Assembly: GCA_951406725.2 (NCBI GenBank)
Contig: OX597831.1
Location: 82,894,001 to 82,958,000 of the forward strand
Direction: 5' to 3'
DNA: 64,000 nucleotides
Source: Octopus vulgaris
Taxonomy: Eukaryota
Part shown: in pieces, positions 27,961 through 40,470 of the stretch
Numbering within the stretch: position 1 is the first letter of the stretch
Layout of the letters: each line of letters starts with the position of its first letter
Program-made: the position numbers and the translations under genes
The notes under the pieces: generated by a model
What the model was told of the DNA's origin: nothing
Database searches by the model: none
The model's input: only the letters and a program-made list of their open reading frames with translations

Positions 27961-28303
27961 GCATGAGTGGATGGTACCTCTCTAAGTGCAAACCTGTGAG
28001 TCAGAGAAAAGGAATTGGGGAGAGCACTTGTTCCTGGGGTTTCAGGGAAATCTCAGACAGTAGGGTTCCTTGAGTATCAGTAGGGCCACATCTCTTTCAT
28101 CCTCCCCCACCACTTTTATTTTTTTTAACCCTTGTATGCTATGCACATGTCCCTTCTTTTCAGTGTATACAGAGTATACTTAATTTATTTATTTCTTTAC
28201 TTTTTCTTTTTAATAATTTCATAATTATATGTAAACCCCCCACACTTTATATCTGTCTTTGTACCGTACCCCTCATCCTTTGCCCTTGTGGCAAATAAAT
28301 GAA

Positions 28304-28346
<43 letters not shown>

Positions 28347-28915
28347 GTAGTAGTAGTAGTAGTAGTAGCAGCAGCAGCAGCAGTAGCAATTGTTCATAAC
28401 AAATTAGACTGTTGGAAAAGAAGAATTCCTAACATCAGGCTACAACAAGTAACCTTAGATGCCAAGAACCTTCCTAAGTATCCTAGTTGTCCCTAATAAC
28501 ACTGTTTTTTCTTCAACTGTACTAAACTAGGTTTTATGCCTTTTGCCTCTTTCCATCTGTTCAAATCTTTAGGGATAGTTCCAAATCCACTTATATAACC
28601 ACTGGGATATATTTTACCCACACTTTCCATAATTGACTTTCTCATCATTTAGGATGGAAAAGTCAATTATCTGGAAACAAGTTGACAGAAAATGCAGAGT
28701 AACATTTTGTCTGTCTTCAGGTTCTGAGCTCATATGCCATTGAGGTTGACTTTGCCTTTCATCTTTTGAGGGTCGATCAAATAAGTACCACTGAGAAATA
28801 AGTACCCCATCAGCCACAATTTCTGAGCTCGTGTCTATAGTAGAAACAATTATTATTATTATTATTATTATTATTATCATTATTATTATCACCATTATCA
28901 TTATCATTTTTATTA

Positions 28916-28961
<46 letters not shown>

Positions 28962-28962
28962 G

Positions 28963-29400
28963 AAGGTGGTGAGCTGGCAGAATTGTTAGCTTGCCAAGCG
29001 AAATGCTTAGCAATATTTTGCCCATTTTTACAGTCTGAGTTCAAATTCCACCAAGGTCGTCTTTGCTTTTCATCTTTTCAGGGTCAATTAATTAAGTACC
29101 AGTTGAACACAGGGATCGATGTAATCGACTTAATCCCCTTCCCAAAGCTGCCCTTGTGGCAAAAATTTGAAATCAATATTATTATTATTATTATTAATTA
29201 TTAAGGTAGTGAGCTGGCAGAATCGTTAGCATGCTGGACGTAATGCTTAGCAGTGTTTCGCCCATCGCTACGTTCTGAGCTCAAATTCCACCAAGGTCAT
29301 CTTTGCTTTTCATCTTTTTCGGGGTCAATTAAATAAGTACCAGTTGAACACTTGTGTCAATGTGATCAACTCATCCCCAAGCTGTCCTTGTGGAAAAAAT
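28963..29400 (+). mobile_element. Two tandem tRNA-like SINE copies (family B)
   Basis: gagctggcagaat(t/c)gttagc...gagttcaaattccaccaaggtc...tttgcttttcatctttt...ggggtcaattaaataagtaccagtt, repeated twice and embedded in (TTA)n. Confidence 0.8.
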
Positions 29401-29464
29401 TTTAAATAGTAATTATTGTTGTTGTTTTTGTCCTTGTTACTATTTGGTAGACATGTTGGTTATT

Positions 29465-29856
29465 CAAATGCCACGCCCACACCGTTACATTCCCTTTCGT
29501 AGTATTAATAATAATTCAGAGAAATTACAGGTAATGTGTGTGGGGCGTGGAGAGGGGTTAAACGGTTGACGTAACAGTTTTAGGAAAGTTTCCAATGAAT
29601 TTGCTAAACAAATACAACTCTGAAATATTTCCTTCGTATATCAGCCGAAGGAACTAAGTAACACGGTACTCATGGCGGCACTTTAATACTTTTCATTAAC
29701 ATAAACCACTCATAAACTCCGTCACACTAAACACATGACGCGGCTGGCGCCGGCGTTAAACGTTGGTCTCTCTCAGGGTTATAATATTGAGTTGTCTCCC
29801 TTTACTCAACTAAACCATTTGATCCGTTTGTGTAGTTTGAACACTCACGCGCGCGG

Positions 29857-29860
<4 letters not shown>
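29465..29860. promoter_or_regulatory. Candidate intronic promoter/enhancer (CpG-rich, non-repetitive)
   Basis: CCACGCCC (29471), GGGGCGTGG (29542), TTGACGTAA (29566), CATGGCGGC (29671), gacgcggctggcgccggcg and cacgcgcgcgg in a CpG-depleted background. Confidence 0.4.
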
Positions 29861-29924
<64 letters not shown>

Positions 29925-30744
29925 GTGTGTGTGTTTGGGTACAGAAATCACTTTTGTTGGTGGGAAAAGAACATATCCAGTTTTGGCTGTAATAAAAGCA
30001 ATGGATGATAGACACCACATCTCATCTCAACAACATTACCAGTTCTGTTTTAAATAAATGTTTGCAACTGCTCACACACACACACACACACACACACACG
30101 CAGAGGCGCCACTCCCACAACACTCACCACCATCACTGCTCCTACCACAGTCGTTATGACTCTCTCTTCTTTACACCTTATAGCAATAACTGGTGGGAGC
30201 ACTGTGTATTTGACAAGTGTTTCAGCTTAGTATCAGATTCAAATCCTGGCATGGAGACATAAAGTGAGATTAAGCAGGGTGAGGGGATTAAAGGGAATGG
30301 TCAGCCAGGGAGTATGGGGTAGATGAGACATGTGGTATCATGTAATATGATGCGTTAGATGTAGAATAAAGCTGGACTGGATTAACAGGAGTGACTGATG
30401 AATAAAATCAGTCAAGTAGATACTGACCAAAGATATCATCATCATCATCATTTCCCCCACCCCCACCTCCTAGCATTGTGGACAGCATCATTGTTACAAA
30501 TCAACTCAGTGTGACACTACTAGGTACTGTTACACTGTAACGCTGCTCTGTTACATCTGGCCTTGACATGTTGTCTGACATCGGGCAAACAATATTTTGC
30601 AGCCCACAATTCCGTTGCATGAAAACTTCTGGACAAAAGATATTCAATAAACAACAACAACAACAACCTTTAAATTACTGAGAACAGAGTGTGGTTTGGA
30701 GATCTGTCTGATCCCCACATCATAGAACAAATATACACATGTTT

Positions 30745-30797
30745 GTATGTATGTATGTATGTATGTACGTATGTATGTATGTATGTATGTACGTACG

Positions 30798-30831
<34 letters not shown>

Positions 30832-30947
30832 TGTATGTATGTATGTATGTATGCATGCATGCATGTATGCATGTATGTATGTGTGTGTGCATGTGTGTGT
30901 ATATATGTGTGAATGTATGTATGTTTGTATGTATGTATGAATGTATG

Positions 30948-30981
<34 letters not shown>

Positions 30982-31040
30982 TATGTATGTTTGTATGTAT
31001 GACTGTATGTATGTACGTATGTATGTAAGCATGTATGTAT
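30745..31040. repeat. (TATG)n imperfect microsatellite
   Basis: Direct reading. Confidence 0.95.
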
Positions 31041-31449
31041 TGTGTGTAAATATGTGCACTAAAACACTAATATGAAAACACCATCAACACACACACACAC
31101 ACATATTTATATATGAATTAACAAACAAACATTAATTTATAATTTTGCCCTTTACAAAATGGCTTCCAGAAAGTGTGAAGCTCTTTTTTAAGTGAGGCAG
31201 TTTTAACTGTCCAAGCGAATTGTAGTTGTTAGTCTGTCATTACTATATATCTAATAAGCTGACCTGCCACCTCTTGTTATTGCAGGTTGAAGGAGGCAGT
31301 TGAAACAAAACTCTGAACACACCCAACAGCAGACTAGTTATGTAGAAGCAGTCAAGATATGAAGAGAATTTGGAAGCTCACTCAGCAATAAAAGTTTGGT
31401 TTTAAACGAGACAAAAATGCCACAGAAATTTATGAAATACTCCACACTT

Positions 31450-31757
31450 ACTTTATTTACATTATTTACATTTGACGGATATGTTCATGGGCATATGGCA
31501 TAGTGGTTAAGAGCGCAGGCTACTAACCCCAAGATTCAAAGTTCGATTCCAAGCACTGGCCTGAACAATAATAATAATAACAACAACATCAAAAAATACC
31601 TTAGGAATGAGAACCCAGGTTTGAAATTTCCCCAAGACACCTGATGAAGGCTGGAGGGTATATCAGCCGAAACATTGTGTCAACAACAAACAAGATGAGG
31701 ACAAATATCCGTCATAATGTAAATAATGTACATAATTCCTCATCTCTTAAACAGAGA
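31450..31757 (+). mobile_element. Composite non-autonomous retroelement: tRNA-like head + hammerhead motif + inverted tail copy, 11-bp TSD
   Basis: TSD actccacactt (31439-31449) / actccagactt (31758-31768); A box TGGCATAGTGG 31496-31506; B box GTTCGATTCC 31541-31550; inverted arms 31453-31482 and 31705-31735. Confidence 0.75.
31636..31681 (+). ncRNA. Minimal type I hammerhead ribozyme motif (Penelope-like), probably decayed in this copy
   Basis: gacac-CTGATGA-a-ggctg[gagggtatat]cagcc-GAAA-ca-TT-gtgtc: stem I gacac/gtgtc, stem II ggctg/cagcc, intact core, vestigial stem III. Confidence 0.65.
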
Positions 31758-32069
31758 ACTCCAGACTTGTATGAACCTGATATCTGCTTTTTGCTGGCAC
31801 AAGAGGCCGGACAAAGCAAGTCCACTGGGAAACTCAGAAAGGATCCCCTTTTTCAATAGCAAGGGCATCATCTGCATCCACTGTACTCCCTCTGGCCAGA
31901 TGGCCAACAAAAGTTTTGAGGGAGTTCAGGAAGAGATTTCATCACAAAAGGTCAGAGTTCTTCCATTTGGGTTGGAGGCACCTGCACCACAAGACAATGC
32001 ACTAGTCCACAATTCCATAATGGTAACCAAGTAGAAAAGCAGACAAATTACTGATCTCTTCAGGAAGAT

Positions 32070-33122
32070 GGCCCTGCTGGGTAAGTAGAAAAAATGTAGG
32101 TAGAAATTGCACAGGGTGTACCAAGTGCAAGCAAACAATGCAGAGATAAGAGGTGGAGTGGTATGAGGGGAAGGTTAACAGAGAAAGTCGTCACTAAGTG
32201 TGACAGATGCGCAGGTACAATAAACACCAGGAATGTACAGGAAACAGACTTTTTCAAATGTCCAGGAGGATCCTTAAGAAGTGATTGATAGCTCCTGCTA
32301 TCTACTAGGGAACCAAGTTAGCAGTGGAAGAAAATGTTCTGAAAGTGCAGTTGCTAGAATAAGTATGGGCAAGGCAAATTTCTGAGAGCTGCTACATTTG
32401 TTGGTAACAAAGGGCCTCTCCCTCAGAGTGAAAGGTAGATTGTATGATGCCTGTGTATGAAAAGTTATGCTACATCACAGTGAAACATGGGCCAAGACTG
32501 CAGGGGACATGTGAAAGCTTGGAAGAAATGAAGCCAGCATGCTCCACTGGATGGGTAATGCTCGTGTGGATATATGGCAGTATGTTAAGAGACAAAAATG
32601 TGTGTAAGAGGCATCAGATGTCGTGCAGAAGAGAGAAAACTGTGCTAATGTGAACATGTGGTGCATATGGATGAGGACAGCCATATCAAGAAAAGCCAAT
32701 CTCCAATTGTGGAGGGAAGCTGTGGAAGAAGTGGGATGAAATGGTGAGAAACGATCTTTGGATGTTGAGTCTCAGAGAGGAGATGACAACGGACCGAAAC
32801 TTCTGGCAATTCCCTGTACTTGAGAAGACATGTCAAGCTAAGTATAACTGTGACAGGCCATGCCCTCCACCCCTTGCAGTCTGTCCACAACCCATTTCCC
32901 CCCACTACCCTCCCTCATCCCGTCACCAACTGCATGTCCCTCCTTCCAATGCCCGTCTGCACACTCACATATCTCCCATACCCCACTCATTCATCAATTG
33001 CTAGGCTCACCTCTCTGCCATCTTCAAACAGCTCCCTTCAAAACTCTTATGAAATATCCACCTCTCTCCCCTCCCTGTCACTGCTACATGTGGGTTGGTC
33101 CCAATGCATCTCTAATACCACC

Positions 33123-33160
<38 letters not shown>

Positions 33161-33530
33161 ATTCTATCTCCTCCCTTTTCTCACAGACCTGGTCAAGTAT
33201 CTCCTCCATTCTAACACATCTCTCTCTTTCTCCTATTTTACTCTCACCCCTCGCCTGGCACACAACCACTTCCTTCTCTTTCTCTAAGTTGAGAAGGGTT
33301 TCATCTCACAAGCTGCTTGGTGACCCTGCTGCTGCTGCCGGTGCCATGTAAAAAGCACCAATGCTAGTGTCACAGAAAAACAAGCACACAGCTGACACTC
33401 TGTTGAGTGGTTGGCATTAGGAAGGGCATCCAGCCATAGAAACCATTCCAAAGCAGACATTGGAGCCTGGTACAGCTCTCCAGCCTCGCCAGCTCCTCTC
33501 AACCCGTCCAACCCACACCAGCATGATGAT
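32070..33530 (+). mobile_element. 5'-truncated decayed RTE LINE
   Basis: ORF2 3' part (KGLSLRVKGRLYDACV...ETW...MLHW) plus conserved 3' core and gatgat tail. Confidence 0.8.
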
Positions 33531-33879
33531 GACATATCTGTATACAAAAGCACAATTATACTGTACACACACACACACTACTGCTACACATGCACACACA
33601 CACACACCAACCAAAGTGGGGGCTCACAAGTAAGTAGGACCTACAAAAAACAATGACTATATGTCACTCAAATCACATACTTCTCTCTTGAGAAATGAAG
33701 GACACATTAGATAATGTACTCCTAGATACATTAAGTCTAAATAAAATTATTATGATGACAGTTCATCATTGATTCTAGTTCAGCTGTATCAGGGATGACT
33801 TAGGATTAACAACAACAAGGCATACACATATTTACTTAATCATATACACACAAAAAACATCTACATCAACATATACATA

Positions 33880-34028
<149 letters not shown>

Positions 34029-34693
34029 TTTGTTAATGTTATTTCTACAGATATTCTATAGAAATTAGTCAGCAGTGGTTTTTTGCTACAGACCAAACAT
34101 GAAAAATAGGTAATGTGTGCCTATGCCACATTGCAGGGGGTTTTTGCCCCTTTCATCAGCTCCCATCTGACCCTTTAATCACCCTTGATCACATTGCTTA
34201 AATAGCCACCACACATAGCGGTGTATAGTTATTGGACCGACCAATTTACATATTAAATGCATTCCTGGAAGTTGGTACATAAACATTAATAATTTGGAGA
34301 CACGTGGTGCTTTGTTATGCAACCATTCTATGTCATAAAATATATTAAATGTTTTTATAAGTCAATACCACGTTCTACTGTATGTTGAGGGATGATTAAT
34401 GGATTAGATGGGTGATGCTGAAGGGAGGAAAAAACCCAAAATATGGCAGATACGTTCATTACCCATTTTTCATCTTTGATCTCTTTGTTTGTTTACATCT
34501 GACATATCGATACGAAATGTTGTAGCAAACAATGAGAGTTGGCAAACAGTTCCATAGAATATCTGCTGCAGAAACAACCGTAACAAAATAATGTAACACA
34601 AAACAGACGTGGTTTTCACTTATAAAAACATTTAATATACTTTATAGTATATTATGGTTGCATAACAAAATACCATGTACCTACAAATCATTA

Positions 34694-34751
<58 letters not shown>

Positions 34752-36611
34752 GAAGGAGCTCTTTTGTCAGACATCATTTTAGCAACCTGACTAAATTATT
34801 TGTAAACCATTTTCTCTGATTTTCCAAGTCAGTTTTGAATTAATTCTGGGATTTTACAGAATCAAAGTTGGAAGACAATGGACCAATGTTTGGCCAGTGT
34901 TAATATTACACAAACATAAAAAGAACATCGACTTTAATATCTTAAAGAAAATGGTTAAAAATAATTTGGCATCAGATTTTTAGGAAAACATACATTTATG
35001 TTGCTACAAAACTACAAAACATTCTCAAGTTGGTGGATTAAAACTAAAAATAGTCACTTGGTGAATACAGTAGATGGATTTAGGAAAGAGATTAAGGAAG
35101 TAGACACAGTGAATGGCTAATGATAATGGAGATGGGACTACATGCAATGGTTCTTACCTTGATAGAAGACATCTGGGAATAATGAAAATATGATGGAATG
35201 AGATGAGAGGAAACAAATTGGTGAATGGAACATTACAAACAATTTTAATTTGTCTTAATTGGAAAAATTTAACATTATACAAAGTTAGAAATATTAAATC
35301 TTGTTTTTACTCATCAACATAAAAAAAAAACACATTACAAACCAGTTCATGATAGCAAAATACTCACTCTGCCTCACTCTCTCTCTCTCTCTCTCTCTCT
35401 CATTATTCATGAGATTCCAGACAACAATCATACAGAATGAGAAACTCTGAGAAGCAACAGAGAGAATCATCAGCTTTCAATGAATACAGAAACTACGAAA
35501 TCCATTGAGTATCCTACACGTGCAAGCACACACACATACACCCGCCCCCTAGCTCAGGGCCAGCAAGCTAGGGAGATGGAGTAAGTTGAGCATGTTGACC
35601 CCAGTGTACAAATGGTACTCATCTTATGGACCCCCAAAAGGATGAAAAGCAAAGTTAACCTCAGCAGAATTTGAACTAAGAATGTAAAGAGAGACAAAAA
35701 TCCACAAAGCATTTAGCCCAACACGCTAATGATGCCCCAGCCCATCCCTTTATTCAAAGCCAAAATAATGGACCCACCACTTTTTATTTAAAACTGTTCT
35801 AGCCAATACACACCATATTTACCAGGGTACACTTCTCTATTTTTGAATGTATCAAAAAATTGGCCCATCATCTTATGCATCCATCTGACAGATGAGGGAC
35901 TAAGTGTTGTATGCTCGAGAAATGGAAAAACATAAGTCTGATAGGTGCAATAATTGATATAAATAAATGAAATATTGAAAAGAAGCAGAAATATTAGAGT
36001 CTGCTAGTCTGCTTCCCCAACATACATAACACACACCTGATATGGCTTACATTATTTAAGGACAGTGTTATCTTTAAGAAATGTTTGCTTCTTATTTAAG
36101 AGAAAAATTCTCCAAGGAAGATGAAAGGAATGTTAAATTTTCATCCACATATCTGCTATTTGTATCAAGTAGATGATAACAAAACCATAGCAACGGAGAA
36201 CCACCCTGATGACTGATCCCAGTAACACAAACCATCAACCAGAAAAAATGCATTTTACATTTTGTATGGCAGTTCACTTGACCAAAATATAAACAACTCC
36301 ACTGTTGATCTGAAAGAAGATAAACTTAACTACTCTCAGAACGGAGTTCCTTTGTGATAAATTTATTGTTTTGTATTCCAGTCTACCACAACAATCTTAC
36401 ATTCTCCCGTACAAAACTACTTCCAAATATCTTTCAGCAAGTGTATGGATAAAACCTAAACAGTTTGGCTCCTTTCACAAAATATACTCAGCACAAAAAC
36501 GTGTGCCCCATGCAAGACTGCATCTTATACACTCGCAGACATGGCAAGTATGCCTTGTATTTCATGATATAGTTGTCTCCTTTGCAGATATTTATATGTA
36601 AATGAATTAAA

Positions 36612-37330
36612 ATGTATGACTTATTTAATTTCCAAAGAGGACAAATTGTTGGAGCACAGATGGCTGGGGTGTCACTCACTAAAACAGCTGAATTGATTAC
36701 TGTTTTGAGAAATACGGTCTCTAAAATCATGTTGCCATTCCAATATGAAGATAAAACCAGTTCCAGCAAGCATAATTCTGGATGGAAGGCAAAGCTCGAA
36801 GCTCACAGGTACAGCAGACTAGTGAAACATATTGCATCCAAAAAGCATCAAAGGACAGCAGAGCAAAAGCAGCAACTTATTGACCAAAATCATTCCTTGT
36901 GAGCTCCTTAAAGGTGAATGCCATGGGAAGGCTTCAATTGCTAACCCGTTCCTGTTCTCCATCAATATCAACAGACATGGTCTTTGGCTCAATGAAATAA
37001 CGCCATCTTCTCTGCAGAATCCTCATTCACCCTTCTACCCATTTTGGAATGAGTTTAAGTCTGAAAACAGCTCAAAGAAACCTTTAAAGCTGACTGTTTG
37101 ACTCCTAGCATGAAGCATCGAGATGGCTCAGTGAGGGTTTCAGCACCCATATCATGGAATTCACTCAATCCTTTCATTGTTCTATATAGCAGATCTAATG
37201 CCAAGGATTACCTGAGTATTTTGGCTGACCATGTCCATTCTATGGTACAAACATTGCTTCCTGATGGCAATGCAAGCTTCCAAGATGACAATGCACTGAT
37301 TCACAAGGATGATGTTATTCAAAATTGATA
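36612..37330 (+). mobile_element. Decayed Tc1-like transposase
   Basis: FQRGQIVGAQMAGVSLTKTAEL...RNTVSKIM is a paired-like HTH. MKHRDGSVRV...DYLSILADHVHSMVQTLLP...FQDDNALIH is the DDE domain. Frameshifted. Confidence 0.85.
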
Positions 37331-37735
37331 TGCAGAGGATAAAAGTGAAGCCTTGTGACCATGCTGGAGCAAAACCTTCAAAAGTTCAAGTTGAGATTAT
37401 AATGATTGCAGCACTTTATTTTATTGATCCTAAAATGGTCCAACTTGAAATAAAGAGACATTTTATATAAGACAGTAAACATTTACAAAAGAAGTATATT
37501 TGCCACTTAAATGTGTCTAACCCTTAAGGGTGGATGCTACTGTAGCTTGTAGCCCCAGGAGGACACCTCCTCCAGCTGGCTATTGACACACTTTCTGTGC
37601 CCTCTCAGTATTTGCAAAGGGAAGCCATCCTTCTCGTCTTCTACCTGACGAGATACACAAAGGACCCGGGTTTCTGGGTACAGAGATTTATTATTGCTTA
37701 TTTGCAAAAGAAAAACCCTGAAATTGTAATCAGAG

Positions 37736-37803
37736 ACATGTGTCAGTCATACATGAGTCAGTCAGCAACACATGTGTCAGTCATACATGAGTCAGTCAGC
37801 AAC
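37736..37803. repeat. Perfect 34-bp tandem duplication containing TGAGTCA
   Basis: acatgtgtcagtcatacatgagtcagtcagcaac x2, followed by degenerate copies. Confidence 0.9.
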
Positions 37804-40329
37804 ACATGTGCCAGCAATACATGAGTCACTAACAGGAGTCAATAATGAGTCACAAACATGTCAGCAATGTCTGTGCTAGCCTCAGTAATGTGTCAGTTCA
37901 GTGCATGTTTGTCAGTACTTCATCTGTGGCTGTGTTCGTACTTTAAGTGCCAGTACTTTGATTTAGCATTAGTTTATAAAGGAAGATAGCTTTCAGAAGG
38001 ATTTGTTATATTTTTACTTTCTTTTTGTTGATGTTGTTGTTGCTGGTGGTGGTGGTGGTGGTGGCAATGTAGATCACTAAAAAGAAATCTAATATAAGGG
38101 TTCCGTTTAATGAACTTCAGTAAAATGGTAAAACAACCAGAAGTAATTTAGTTTGTAATTAAAATACTTCAAATGTAAGAGAATATGGAGCCTCAAATGA
38201 AGTAATTTGGTAACTCTGACAAATGAGTGATTGTTCACCTTTATGTCATTAATCGTTGATAGACAGAGAATGGTAAAGATCAGAAAATAGCAAAACATTT
38301 CTATCATTAATTATTTCATCCTAGAAGAAAAACCATAAGGATTTCTTATATAAAACACCAAGAGATGTTGATCTGACCAATCCCCATGCAGAGATCGGGG
38401 CGGGGGGGAGGAAGAGAGAGAGAGACGAGACTTGAAATTTACAAAATTTTTAACTAAATTTATAATTGCCATATCATCATCATCATCGTCATCATCATCT
38501 GCTAACGTCCATCTTCCAGGCCAGTACAGGTCAGGCCTCTCTCACACAAACAAACATTCAGACTCCAAACAACAATTTGGTGAACACCCAAAAGACGAAC
38601 AAACCGAAAATATTATTACACTTGCAGAGTTAATAATTGCCATGGAGTCTGCGAAATTGCTTCTTTCATCTTTTCCTGTTCAGTGGAATAACATTTATCG
38701 AAATGAAGAGAAGACAATTAATGGACAGCTACAAAAAGAATGCTGGTTCGGTATTAAGTGGATGAAATGAAGGAATGCAAATGATTGAAGGCAAAATACG
38801 TGACCAGCCGGAAGAGAGTGGAAAGTGGAAAGTCGATTAAGAAGAAAAGAGGCAAGTTTGTTGATATAAAGCCTGACTAGAAGAGAGAACAATTATATAA
38901 CATTAATATGGAGAACTAATTGAAACAATCAGAAGATAGTTTCTGGGAAATATTGGAATCATGAGATAAGAACATGATTTGTAGCCTTCGTCAGGATTAA
39001 CTGGCGGAGGGGGGGGGGCGATTATTTGGTGGTGTTTGGATTTTTACAAGAATATTTTATTGTAAAATGGTGAAAACATAGATAAACAGCAGTTATTTGA
39101 TGAATATAAATATGTATTTAAATTAATAGGATAACAGTTTAGAGAGAGAAAATTAGAGTTAACGAACAAAGACATTTTCTATAAAATACAAGATCAATGA
39201 CATATATTCCAATCAATAGTTAATTAGGTATATTGAATATTAACGATCTGGTTCCTCTATCACAATAAATTGAATTTCTAAGTAAAAAGAAACAAAAATA
39301 GACATAAACAAAAAGACACACAAAGAAGGATCCTAAACTAATTAATGTGTGTAGAATGAAATTGTAGCAGTAACCTAAATAATTTAATTAATTTAGAAAG
39401 GTTAAGAATAAGGTTATTTCATTATGGAAAGGTGTTCAGTTTTAATCCTGTTCAACTGTTTTATTCGAATTATAAAATTCTACAATACAAAAAAGCATCT
39501 CTTAAGAAAGACCTCAACATGTCTCAAACGATCAGTTGTCTTTCATAGCGAAATTCACTTAAAGAACAAACGATTAACCAGGGAGTGGGGGGGGGGGTAT
39601 CCACATAAAATAAACAAAAAAAAAATAGAGAAAAAAACCCCGATAGTTTGACAGAGATGGTAACCCAAAGATGTATTTGAAGATGTTGAAATGTTGCGTA
39701 GATAAGAAAAAAAAGAAAACCAAGATTATTTCGTTATAATGAGTGCAATGATGAAATAACTGGAACAGCAGAACGATTGAGGAACTGAAGAATATTCACC
39801 GAGAAAAGCAGTCAAACTAATTCTACAAAGTATTTTAGTTGAGAATCATGGTACAACAGACATGGTGTAATGTTAGTAGCAGTATAACTTTGTCCTGAGC
39901 CTCACATATCAAACAAAATATTAATTAAAACAGTGGGGTTAGGGTTACTAGATAATTTCATTAATTATTTCTCCCCACAATCACAAGTTGTCCCAACAGA
40001 AAGGTTCAGACTCAAACAGACCTCAGCATTCAGGGGACAAAACTCAACCCCCCCCCTCTATGTTAGGGTGAGAAGGAGTAACATATGGTGGAGGGGGGGT
40101 TAGTAGAAGTAAACAAATATTTCAAGCTGTGAAACTCCCAGTAAAACACTCCTCAGAGTTTGTCACTTGACAGAGTTGAAGTAAAACACTAAACTCCTTT
40201 CCTTACGTGACAACATCACACACCATCACACATCTAGAGAGTAACATCAAGTGTACTCCTGAGAGGAAGATAATAAAGTTCCATTTGTTTAATGTCTTCA
40301 TCTAATACACCACACAAACACACTGGTTA

Positions 40330-40470
<141 letters not shown>

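Larger units (their letters stand above)
31340..32030 (+). mobile_element. Decayed mariner transposase, interrupted by the 31450-31757 insertion
   Basis: KFGFKRDKNATEIYEIL | LQTCMN...WHKR...IPFFNSKGIICIH..PSGQ..NK...QDNALVHNSIMVT are mariner HTH and QDNAP.H motifs. Confidence 0.7.

Noticed and set aside
31489-31562. Functional tRNA gene
   Set aside because: A and B boxes are present but the acceptor and T stems do not pair well, and it lies inside a TSD-flanked insert; treated as a SINE head.
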